A DNA stretch of 64,000 bases from Thermodesulfovibrionia bacterium. Its GTDB lineage: Bacteria > Nitrospirota > Thermodesulfovibrionia > Thermodesulfovibrionales > SM23-35. The stretch spans positions 215 through 64,214 of the forward strand of contig JBGQLV010000003.1 in the NCBI GenBank assembly GCA_041500225.1. Direction: 5' to 3'. The translations under genes and the position numbers were made by a program. The notes under the pieces are model-generated. The model had not been told where the DNA came from. It was given only the letters and a program-made list of their open reading frames with translations, and ran no database searches. This document shows, one piece after another, positions 49,100 to 56,798 of this stretch (positions within the stretch are counted from its first letter, which is position 1; each line of letters starts with the position of its first letter).

Positions 49100-50110
49100 T
49101 TAATTAATAGCTGTAGATTGTTTGAGTAATTTGCTTATATTGGGTTTATTAGATGTTTTCAACATTTCTGATTCTTGCCCCTTAAAAATAGTATTTACGG
49201 GGGGAATATTCCATACATTGCTTGCATCGCAAAGCCATCTATCATGAAAGCTTGAGAGTATATTCTGGTCAATTACAATTCTCCATTCAATAGTTATCCC
49301 TTTATTATGTAATTCAGTCTTTAATCTCAAAAATTCATTCATTGCTGACTGTGTTTTATTTTGATCGCCAGAAATTATAACGAAGCTATTTATCTTAGAA
49401 GCATTGAGAATATCGGCAAGAATCTCAAAGGCCTTTTTATCAAAATGTTTATCTATCCAGAATGCTGTTCCCTTTAAGGATTTTATTATTTCTTGTAGTC
49501 TTCTTATATTTGAAAATGGCGTTTCTGGTGAAATAAATTGATGAGCAGGTATCTGCGCAATATCCTGCTGCCATAAGACTTTGACATCTCTAGTATTTTT
49601 GTTATAAGAAATAATACCACCAAGTTTTAGAATTTCCAGAAAGTTATTAAGCTCAACATCTTTTGGGAATGCAAGGTAGAAATGGTGATGTTTTAATAAA
49701 TTGTAAATATTTATTCTTTTAATATTTTTACTACCGCTTAAAATTTGAGAAATTAAAATAACGGCTGGATGCAGTTTAAGCGTATCACCTATAATCCTTT
49801 TAGCTTCGACCCCATCGTTTCTTATATACTTTTGGTTATAATATTTTTTACCAAGAGATGTTAGTGATACGCTTATTTCTTTAATTTTGGATTCGATCTT
49901 TTTGTTCATTATGAGGGTGTACCCTTGAACAACTTTCTCTTTTTCTTCAGTCTTTATGAGACCAATGCTCTCAAGGAATGTTGTTTCGTTATCGTAGTCT
50001 GCGATCTTGGACAATTCGTCATGAGCAATTCGCTTTATCAATTCATCAAAATACTTCCATGGGAGATTTGTTATGGTATATTTAGTATCCTTAGTTGTGG
50101 CATCGTCCAT
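49100..50110 (-). CDS. Hypothetical protein: helical/wHTH-like N-terminal two-thirds plus a C-terminal domain with an HDR motif (possible MIT_C/PLD-like fold)
   Basis: The ORF is 336 aa. The C-terminus (FWIDKHF...SFVIISGD...ITIEWRIV...SFHDRWLCDASNVWNIPPVNTIFKG) resembles the PLD-like C-terminal domain of MITD1-type proteins as I recall it. Its start overlaps the upstream stop (TAATG). Confidence 0.6.
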   Translation of the reverse strand: MDDATTKDTKYTITNLPWKYFDELIKRIAHDELSKIADYDNETTFLESIGLIKTEEKEKVVQGYTLIMNKKIESKIKEISVSLTSLGKKYYNQKYIRNDGVEAKRIIGDTLKLHPAVILISQILSGSKNIKRINIYNLLKHHHFYLAFPKDVELNNFLEILKLGGIISYNKNTRDVKVLWQQDIAQIPAHQFISPETPFSNIRRLQEIIKSLKGTAFWIDKHFDKKAFEILADILNASKINSFVIISGDQNKTQSAMNEFLRLKTELHNKGITIEWRIVIDQNILSSFHDRWLCDASNVWNIPPVNTIFKGQESEMLKTSNKPNISKLLKQSTAIN

Positions 50111-50799
50111 TATTTGTTCTCTCCAAAAACAGACACTTTAGCAGTAGAAATATTTTTAAAAAGTTCTTCAATAGCTTCTTTAGATGTCCCAATATCCAAA
50201 TTTATATTTAGATTAAGGATTAATTTAATATCTCCAGAATGAGGTTTGAGAGGCGCAATTAATGATTTTTCAGTTCCTGTTTCCCCACGAACTTTTTCTT
50301 TCGTTTTATCAGAAATTCCAACTGCATGTTTTTTCTGCGGTGATTCTAATGATTCAAAATTACCACTACTATTGATAATATCTCTTAGAGCTAAAAAACA
50401 GTTAGTTATCATTGTTAGCATGCTTTTTTTAACGTCTGTAAAATGATTTCTAAAATAGTTCCTTACAACAGTGTCATTTTCTATGTTCAAAGCATCTTTT
50501 ACGGTATCAAACAAATCTTTGTATACAACAGTTGTTTTTTCCTCTAAACAGGCTTTGAATTTATCAGGCGTACCTCGTAAATCATTTGCAGATAAATTTA
50601 ATGTATTGCTCTCATCAAGAAACTCTAAGGTTTTTAACATGGCAAGAACATAACTTGGTGATCCGATGTTGAGTGTTTTAAGCTTTTGTTCGTTTAATTG
50701 GGTAGGTTCTTTTCTCTCATGGATTAGTCTAAAAATATTGATCGTATCCCCACGTCCGGCATAGGGTAATTTTGGTTTTTCTACCGCAGCTTTAGTCAT
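50110..50799 (-). CDS. Hypothetical protein, DUF5343-like N-terminus
   Basis: The ORF is 229 aa with a strong AAGGAGG SD. KLPYAGRGDTINIFRLIHERKEP..L....LKTLNIG.PSYVLAMLKTLEFLDES resembles the DUF5343 N-terminal pattern as I recall it. Confidence 0.55.
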   Translation of the reverse strand: MTKAAVEKPKLPYAGRGDTINIFRLIHERKEPTQLNEQKLKTLNIGSPSYVLAMLKTLEFLDESNTLNLSANDLRGTPDKFKACLEEKTTVVYKDLFDTVKDALNIENDTVVRNYFRNHFTDVKKSMLTMITNCFLALRDIINSSGNFESLESPQKKHAVGISDKTKEKVRGETGTEKSLIAPLKPHSGDIKLILNLNINLDIGTSKEAIEELFKNISTAKVSVFGENK

Positions 50800-50835
50800 C
50801 TAAGTTCCTCCTTTAATATTGTTTCTTTTCCTTCC

Positions 50836-50853
50836 ACACCCTTTAAAGGGTGT
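50836..50853. promoter_or_regulatory. Perfect 18-nt palindrome upstream of the two-gene cassette (possible operator)
   Basis: ACACCCTTTAAAGGGTGT lies about 37 nt upstream of the start codon at 50799. Confidence 0.3.
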
Positions 50854-50899
50854 CTTATCCACCTTCTGGTTAATAAAGCTTTCTGTATCGCTCCGCATG

Positions 50900-51088
50900 T
50901 CAATGTAAAATTTCATTCTGTATAGCTGCATCAATAGTGCTATACCAATCTATATAATCACCAAGTTTATCTTCAATGATCTCCAATTCTTTTTCAGAAA
51001 GCTCTCTTCCGAATTCTTCCTCAGCAACATTTTGAACATCTTCAATATTGATAGAGTAAATAATTTTTGAGGTATCAATCATCCTCAT
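50900..51088 (-). CDS. Small acidic hypothetical protein
   Basis: I chose the start at ATG 51088, which has a GGGAG SD 8 nt upstream. The 62-aa product is rich in E and D. Confidence 0.4.
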   Translation of the reverse strand: MRMIDTSKIIYSINIEDVQNVAEEEFGRELSEKELEIIEDKLGDYIDWYSTIDAAIQNEILH

Positions 51089-51269
51089 TAGTAATCTCCC
51101 TTCACCCATCTTTAAAAAAGAGGGGGATAGATTAATCAATGCTATACCCTATAATTATATTCAACTGAATCAATTGAATCATAAATTTAAGATATTTGTC
51201 AAGAGAAAATTTTGGCAGAGTTTGTAATCGATATACTTTGTGAGATGAATTACAAAGGAGTTTTAATTG

Positions 51270-51434
51270 CTATGAATATAACTTGTTCCAGGCCTCTATC
51301 ATCTTTTTATATGCTGCACATTCGGACATATCATCACACTCGTGGCACAAGCCGTCACAGCCATTCTCAACATAGGTAAAGCCAAGTTCTGTAATTTCTT
51401 TATGAATATTCTCTGACTGATGTGGTTTATCCAT
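51270..51434 (-). CDS. Small Cys-containing hypothetical protein (54 aa, below the ORF-track cutoff)
   Basis: My own translation reads MDKPHQSENIHKEITELGFTYVENGCDGLCHECDDMSECAAYKKMIEAWNKLYS. A GAGGAG SD lies 8 nt upstream, and the Cys spacing is C-x3-C-x2-C-x5-C. Confidence 0.35.
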   Translation of the reverse strand: MDKPHQSENIHKEITELGFTYVENGCDGLCHECDDMSECAAYKKMIEAWNKLYS

Positions 51435-51513
51435 TTGCTATACTCCTCAAAAATTCAAATGTACCTATGTCGTTTATTTAACCTCTAAATCACAAAAGAT
51501 TTCAATCAAAAAA

Positions 51514-51888
51514 TCAAGCCTCCCCTTCTGTTATTTCTACTCGGACGAGGGCGAGGATAGCAGAATGGGGCACGATCAAATACTTTTTACCTTCAAACTC
51601 GATTTCCACGCCTGATTCTCTCAGGAAGATTGCATAATCACCTTCTGATGCCTGAAGAGGAATGTATTTTACCTCTTTCTTTCTATCAACAGCCCAGGGT
51701 TCTTCTGAAACACCCGGTTCGTGAACTGCATAGCCGGGTCCTGTTTTAACGACATATCCAGCCGCTACCCTCTCCTTTTCTTTAACAGTGGGAGGAAGGT
51801 AAAGCCCTGAACTGGTCTTGCCCGTCCCTTCATCGGGATCTACAAGAACTCTATCACCAATTATTATAAGGTTCTTTTTTGCTTTCAT
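51514..51888 (-). CDS. GroES/Cpn10-fold protein (stand-alone, with insertion)
   Basis: IGDRVLVDPDE...SGLYLPPTVKEK...GYVVKTGPG...GDYAIF...YLIVPHSAILALV follows the GroES pattern. No groEL gene is adjacent. Confidence 0.65.
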   Translation of the reverse strand: MKAKKNLIIIGDRVLVDPDEGTGKTSSGLYLPPTVKEKERVAAGYVVKTGPGYAVHEPGVSEEPWAVDRKKEVKYIPLQASEGDYAIFLRESGVEIEFEGKKYLIVPHSAILALVRVEITEGEA

Positions 51889-51960
51889 ACAGATATTTTA
51901 GAATATTTCTCTTTGAAAATGTTTTAATCAAAAAAATCCCTCAAGCTCTGCTTGTTAATG

Positions 51961-52028
51961 GTCATTCCTGCGAAAGCAGGAATCCAGAAAAAACAAAGAT
52001 ACTGGATTCCGCATCAAGTGCGGAATGA
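51961..52028. repeat. Compound palindromic intergenic element
   Basis: GTCATTCC-tgcgaaagca-GGAATCCAG ... CTGGATTCC-gcatcaagtgc-GGAATGAC. The two local hairpins and the outer arms are mutually complementary. Confidence 0.7.
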
Positions 52029-52100
52029 CACACTTGTTCCTTGATTGTTCAGAAATTTGGTCTACTGTTGAATAGTTCATTTCTACATGTTCGATCAAGT

Positions 52101-52943
52101 TTACACCTCTGGCAGCATGATATTTATCTGTGCACCTGGGAAATAGGCAAGATTAAGTTCCTTTGCTTTACCTCTCGCCCATTCAGGAATTATCGAAAGC
52201 TTTGCTGTCCCTGATCGGACAGAAAGTTTACCGTTCCATTGTTTAGCAAAGCGCCTCACTGCGGATAACCCATGCCCTCTTCCTTTATCTGCATATCTTG
52301 ATGCACCATGTAGCAGTCCCTTTTCGATAGCTTCAAGGTCGTTTTTTAACGAGAACCTTTCTGATAAAGATTTTCTGAAGCCTATCCCGATATCCATAAC
52401 AGCAATCTTGACAACATTTTTCCCTATACCCTGAAAATGATATTTCTGTATCCCTACAAATCCCTTGTATTTACTGTGCTCGATTATATTCTGGCAAACC
52501 TCTGAAAGAGCCACTATAAAACCATTTATTGCATTTTCATCGTAGTTAAGATGCCTTGTGAGGATTGAATGGGCGCGGTCTTTTACTTTTCCAACAATAA
52601 AATGAATATCGTCTGATTTTTCTATAGGGGTAATCTCAAGCAGGACATCTGAATAAGAACTTCTTAAATATTTTTCTGATATTTGTGGTTTTAAAGGCTC
52701 AAGGCTGAAATATCTGTCAGCGAATTTGAAGAAGTCCATCCTTTCAAGGTATTTAAGGACTTCTTCCGATTCTGGAAGATAAAGGATTTTCTTAATACCA
52801 TCTAATTTGAAAAGTTCTCCCATCTCAAGAAGGCCAACCATTCCATAGGGGTCTGTAAAGGTTGTCTCTCGAAGATCAATTGTCGATGATTCTTTAAAAG
52901 TAGGTAAAACTTGCTCAAACGTATCTTCTGTAATCTGAGTCAT
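52101..52943 (-). CDS. STAS-like N-terminal domain fused to a GHKL (SpoIIAB-type) ATPase/kinase domain
   Basis: The N-terminus (TIDLRETTFTDPYGMVGLLEMGE) is STAS-like. The C-terminus has an N-box (CQNIIEHS), G1 (MDIGIGF) and G2 (GRGHGLSAV). Confidence 0.7.
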   Translation of the reverse strand: MTQITEDTFEQVLPTFKESSTIDLRETTFTDPYGMVGLLEMGELFKLDGIKKILYLPESEEVLKYLERMDFFKFADRYFSLEPLKPQISEKYLRSSYSDVLLEITPIEKSDDIHFIVGKVKDRAHSILTRHLNYDENAINGFIVALSEVCQNIIEHSKYKGFVGIQKYHFQGIGKNVVKIAVMDIGIGFRKSLSERFSLKNDLEAIEKGLLHGASRYADKGRGHGLSAVRRFAKQWNGKLSVRSGTAKLSIIPEWARGKAKELNLAYFPGAQINIMLPEV

Positions 52944-54326
52944 CTACAACTCAAAAACTTCACCCTTTGCAGGTATATGCGTTGTAAAACTGAACTTGTC
53001 CTTTATGAGTTCACCAAATGATATTTCCACATTCTCTTCACCATGCACTATAAACACCTCAGGTGAATCTTTAAAATGTGATAACCACTCGATGAGTTCT
53101 GCCTGGTCAGCATGTGCGGAGAAGCCATTTATCGTATAAATAGATGACTTAACAGCTATCTCCTCTCCGAGTATGTGAACAAATTTTGCTTTATCAACGA
53201 TCCTTCTTCCAAGTGTACCTTTCCCCTGAAATCCAACGAATATAACACTGCACTCAGGTCTCCACAGATTATGTTTGAGATGATGCTTTATTCTTCCACC
53301 TTCACACATCCCGCTTCCGGCAATTACAATAATTCCTGATTTTATTCTGTTTAATTCCATTGATTCCTGGACACTCTGAACAAAGTGTAACTTAACAGAT
53401 TTATCGGTATTCTTAATGGAAAAAAATTTCATTGCCTCATCATCAAAGCATTCGGGATGTGCAAGATATACCTTTGTTGCCTCTTCTGCGAGTGGGCTGT
53501 CCAAATAGACATCAATCCTGTAAAGTCTTCCATCACGGACGAGATTATTCAGGATATAAAGCAAATCCTGAGTCCTTCCAACTGCAAATGATGGTATAAA
53601 TACATTGCCCCCCTTCTTAAAGGTTATTTTTATTGCATCCACCAGTTCATCAATACTCTCTTTTAGTGGTTTGTGCAATCTGTTCCCATAGGTCGATTCC
53701 ATAACTACAAAATCTGCTTCCGGAGGCGTAAACGGGTCTCTGACTATGGGATTACCTTTCTTTCCTATGTCACCGGAAAATACAATTTTCTTTTCCTTCC
53801 CACCATCCTGAAACCACAATTCAAGTATGCCGGAGCCGAGTATGTGACCTGCATCTAAAAATCTGTATTTAATACCATTCCCAAGATTAAATATCTTATC
53901 GTAAGGTTTTACATCAAAAAGAGGGATTACATCCTTAACATCATCTACGGTATAAAGTGGAAAGATAGGAGGTTTCCCAGCCCTGGTAGCCTTTCTCGTG
54001 AGCCACTCTGAATCGCTTTCCTGGATATTTGCAGAGTCATAAAGCATTAATTCAAGCAGGTCTCTTGTTGCGGATGTTGTAATGATCTTGCCTTTAAAGC
54101 CCTCTTTGACAATCCTTGGAAGCATCCCTGAGTGGTCCAGATGTGCATGTGTGATAAAAATACAATTAATCTCTTCCGGGTGAAAATCAAAGGCAGCCCT
54201 GTTTACCTCATCAGCGCCTTCACCCTGATATATACCGGATTCAATAAGAATTTTAAGCTTGTTACACTCAATATAAAAACAGGAACCTGTAACAGTCCTT
54301 ACCCCTCCAAGAAATTTTAGTATCAT
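52944..54326 (-). CDS. Beta-CASP family metallo-beta-lactamase-fold nuclease
   Basis: The HxHxDH motif (THAHLDHSG), beta-CASP motifs and the C-terminal FSAHAD are present. The ORF is 460 aa. Confidence 0.85.
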   Translation of the reverse strand: MILKFLGGVRTVTGSCFYIECNKLKILIESGIYQGEGADEVNRAAFDFHPEEINCIFITHAHLDHSGMLPRIVKEGFKGKIITTSATRDLLELMLYDSANIQESDSEWLTRKATRAGKPPIFPLYTVDDVKDVIPLFDVKPYDKIFNLGNGIKYRFLDAGHILGSGILELWFQDGGKEKKIVFSGDIGKKGNPIVRDPFTPPEADFVVMESTYGNRLHKPLKESIDELVDAIKITFKKGGNVFIPSFAVGRTQDLLYILNNLVRDGRLYRIDVYLDSPLAEEATKVYLAHPECFDDEAMKFFSIKNTDKSVKLHFVQSVQESMELNRIKSGIIVIAGSGMCEGGRIKHHLKHNLWRPECSVIFVGFQGKGTLGRRIVDKAKFVHILGEEIAVKSSIYTINGFSAHADQAELIEWLSHFKDSPEVFIVHGEENVEISFGELIKDKFSFTTHIPAKGEVFEL

Positions 54327-54371
54327 TTATCGCTCCTAATAATTATATGTAATTTTACTATTTTTCTCGGA

Positions 54372-54479
54372 CACAGGAGGGAACTGTCTTTGAGCGGCTT
54401 TAAATTCTTTCGAAGAAAGAATTTACCTCGGAGGTCGGAACGACCGAGAATGAGCGAAAAGATTGTTCCCTCCTGTAAC
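54372..54479 (-). repeat. Structured ~105-nt repeat, copy 2
   Basis: Its reverse complement aligns end to end with 42688-42790. The terminal inverted repeats are ACAGGAGGGAAC/GTTCCCTCCTGT. The internal hairpin AAATTCTTTC-gaa-GAAAGAATTT lies at 54402-54424. The element starts 3 nt after the sixA-like stop codon. Confidence 0.75.
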
Positions 54480-54484
54480 ACTTC

Positions 54485-54952
54485 CTACCCGGCGATTATC
54501 TCAGGCGTCAGCATCCATTGCAAAGACCATATACTGGTATCATCTTTTTTGAGACAGACAATCCCGGCCATTTTAAATGAAACAACATTCTTATCTGCAT
54601 TTCCGCAGAGTAGTAAGGACGAGAGTTTGGCAAGATGGGGCAGATGTCCCACAAGCATAATGTCATCCGGTATGTCTTTAAGACGCACTGCCCATATATT
54701 TGGGTCATCAAGAGGAGCCAGCCCATCTACCTCTGATATACCTTTAGTAGGTTTCAGGTTTTCAGATAAGATTTCTGCTGTCTGCCTTGCTCTTAATTTA
54801 CTGCTATGGAATATCTTGTAAATCTTGATATTTAGTTGTGATGCATAGGAAGCTACCTTTTTTATGTCCTGCAGACCTTTTTCAGAGAGTGGTCTTGCCG
54901 GATCTATCTCTTCCTTTTTTGCATCCGCATGTTGCACAAGATAAACAAACAT
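54485..54952 (-). CDS. sixA: Histidine phosphatase family protein (SixA-like)
   Basis: The size and pattern match (VYLVQHADA..., SSKLRARQTAE, LVGHLPHL). The usual RHG motif reads QHA here, so activity is uncertain. Confidence 0.65.
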   Translation of the reverse strand: MFVYLVQHADAKKEEIDPARPLSEKGLQDIKKVASYASQLNIKIYKIFHSSKLRARQTAEILSENLKPTKGISEVDGLAPLDDPNIWAVRLKDIPDDIMLVGHLPHLAKLSSLLLCGNADKNVVSFKMAGIVCLKKDDTSIWSLQWMLTPEIIAG

Positions 54953-54964
54953 TTTTAATCTCCT

Positions 54965-55870
54965 TTATTCTTTCTTTTTATATTTTATGTACTCAATCAA
55001 ACCTAAAAGACTACCTGCTGTGGTGGAAATAAACCACGATAAGGAAATTGCAGTTGCAACCTCAGGCTTGATTCCAATAAGGCCGAAGAATAGTACAAAA
55101 GCGCCTTCTCTTACACCAAGACCAGAAATAGATATAGGCAGGGTAGTAAACAGAATTATGAGTGGCAAGAAGATCAGACATGCGAGAAACGGGATATGCT
55201 GCCCGATGCCGAGTGCAAGGATATATACAGCAAAGATACCTGAAAACTGTATTAACACCGACAAGAAAACGGCCTTTCCGATAATCTCTTTCTGATTTCG
55301 GTATGCATGGAAATAGTCATAAAAACCTGAAAGTATCTTTATCCTTTTGCCAAGACGCAGACCAAAGATTAATAGGCTTGCGATAATAAAAGATAATACG
55401 ATAACTGGTAGAAGCCATTCTATATGTGAGCCCTGAAGATATTTATACCCAAAAGGGAAAGCAATAGTACATATCGCAAGCAGTGCTACAAAGCCGATAT
55501 ATCTATCCATAAAGATAGAGGCCAGGGTAAGACTGCCTCTTCCTGTTGCCTGATATAGATAAAAACCCTTAACAGCATCCCCTCCGATGATACCCGGAAG
55601 TATAGTATTAAAGAAGGAGCCAATCATATATAGTGAAAAAAGTTTTCTGATCCCGAGCATCCCGGGAAGAAGAAGCTTCCACCTTAATGTGGATACTAAC
55701 TGGGCAAGCATATAGAGGAATATAGCTGAAATAAAGGCAAGAAGGCTCATACCTTTTAATACTGAGAACACCTGCACAAGCCCTGTTTTCGATAAAACAA
55801 TATAAAGAAATACAGAGCTTACAGCAAGCTTGATGATGAGCAGAGATATTTTTTTTATTTTAAGGGCCAA
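54965..55870 (-). CDS. UPF0104 / lysylphosphatidylglycerol-synthase-TM-region family membrane protein (flippase-like)
   Basis: The profile is polytopic, with LRWKLLL and FNTILPGIIGGDAVKGFYL motifs. Confidence 0.7.
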   Translation of the reverse strand: MALKIKKISLLIIKLAVSSVFLYIVLSKTGLVQVFSVLKGMSLLAFISAIFLYMLAQLVSTLRWKLLLPGMLGIRKLFSLYMIGSFFNTILPGIIGGDAVKGFYLYQATGRGSLTLASIFMDRYIGFVALLAICTIAFPFGYKYLQGSHIEWLLPVIVLSFIIASLLIFGLRLGKRIKILSGFYDYFHAYRNQKEIIGKAVFLSVLIQFSGIFAVYILALGIGQHIPFLACLIFLPLIILFTTLPISISGLGVREGAFVLFFGLIGIKPEVATAISLSWFISTTAGSLLGLIEYIKYKKKE

Positions 55871-56798
55871 GGATCTTTTTAATCACATAGATGGGTTTTC
55901 TCTGGCTTTCGTGATAGACCCTCACGAGCATCTCACCTAAAAGGCCCATTCCAATAAGTTGAATTCCAACGATAATCAGAAGAGCACCGAGCAGAAGAAG
56001 TGGTCTCCCTCCGATGTCGCGACCCAAAAAGAGTTTATCGATAGCCAGGTATAGGGATATGAGAAAGCCAAGAAACCCGCTTATTATACCGATAGGGCCG
56101 AAAAACTGTATCGGTTTTGTGGAAAAGCTCTGGAGAAATTTTACAGTAATCAGGTCTAAAACGACCTTTATTGTACGCGATATGCCATACTTTGATTTTC
56201 CTCTTAGTCTTTGGTGGTGAATGGTTTCGACCTCTGCAATCCTGACACCATACCAGCTTGCAACAGCAGGGATAAACCTGTGCATCTCTCCATAGAGTTT
56301 CAGATTTTTTATTACTTCCCTTCTGTATGCCTTAAGGGAACATCCATAGTCATGGAGTTTCACACCTGTGACATTGCTTATCAGCCAGTTTGCCATTATG
56401 GAAGGGAGTCTTCTTGTAAAAAACGGGTCTTTCCTCTTTTTTCTCCAGCCGCTTACAAGGTCGTTGTCTTTTATAAGTTCAAGAAGTTTCGGGATGTCGG
56501 CAGGATCGTTTTGCAGATCGCCGTCCATTGTTACAATAACATCGCCACGTGCGAAATCGAACCCTGCTGCAAATGCTGCGGTCTGGCCAAAGTTACGCCT
56601 AAGGCTAAGCACAACTACGGTTTTATCCTTTGCCTGAATCTCCTCGAGGATAGAAAGTGTCCTGTCGGTGCTACCGTCATCTACAAATATTATCTCATAT
56701 TCCTTTTTGAGATGGTCAAGTGTCCCCTTGAGCCTTTCAAAAAGCATCTGAACATTCTCCTCTTCATTGTAAAGTGGTATGACTACAGAAAGTGTCAT
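55860..56798 (-). CDS. Family 2 glycosyltransferase, polyprenyl-phosphate sugar synthase type (ArnC-like)
   Basis: SVVIPLYNEEEN, VDDGSTD, DGDLQNDP and two C-terminal TM helices are present. Confidence 0.85.
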   Translation of the reverse strand: MTLSVVIPLYNEEENVQMLFERLKGTLDHLKKEYEIIFVDDGSTDRTLSILEEIQAKDKTVVVLSLRRNFGQTAAFAAGFDFARGDVIVTMDGDLQNDPADIPKLLELIKDNDLVSGWRKKRKDPFFTRRLPSIMANWLISNVTGVKLHDYGCSLKAYRREVIKNLKLYGEMHRFIPAVASWYGVRIAEVETIHHQRLRGKSKYGISRTIKVVLDLITVKFLQSFSTKPIQFFGPIGIISGFLGFLISLYLAIDKLFLGRDIGGRPLLLLGALLIIVGIQLIGMGLLGEMLVRVYHESQRKPIYVIKKILGP

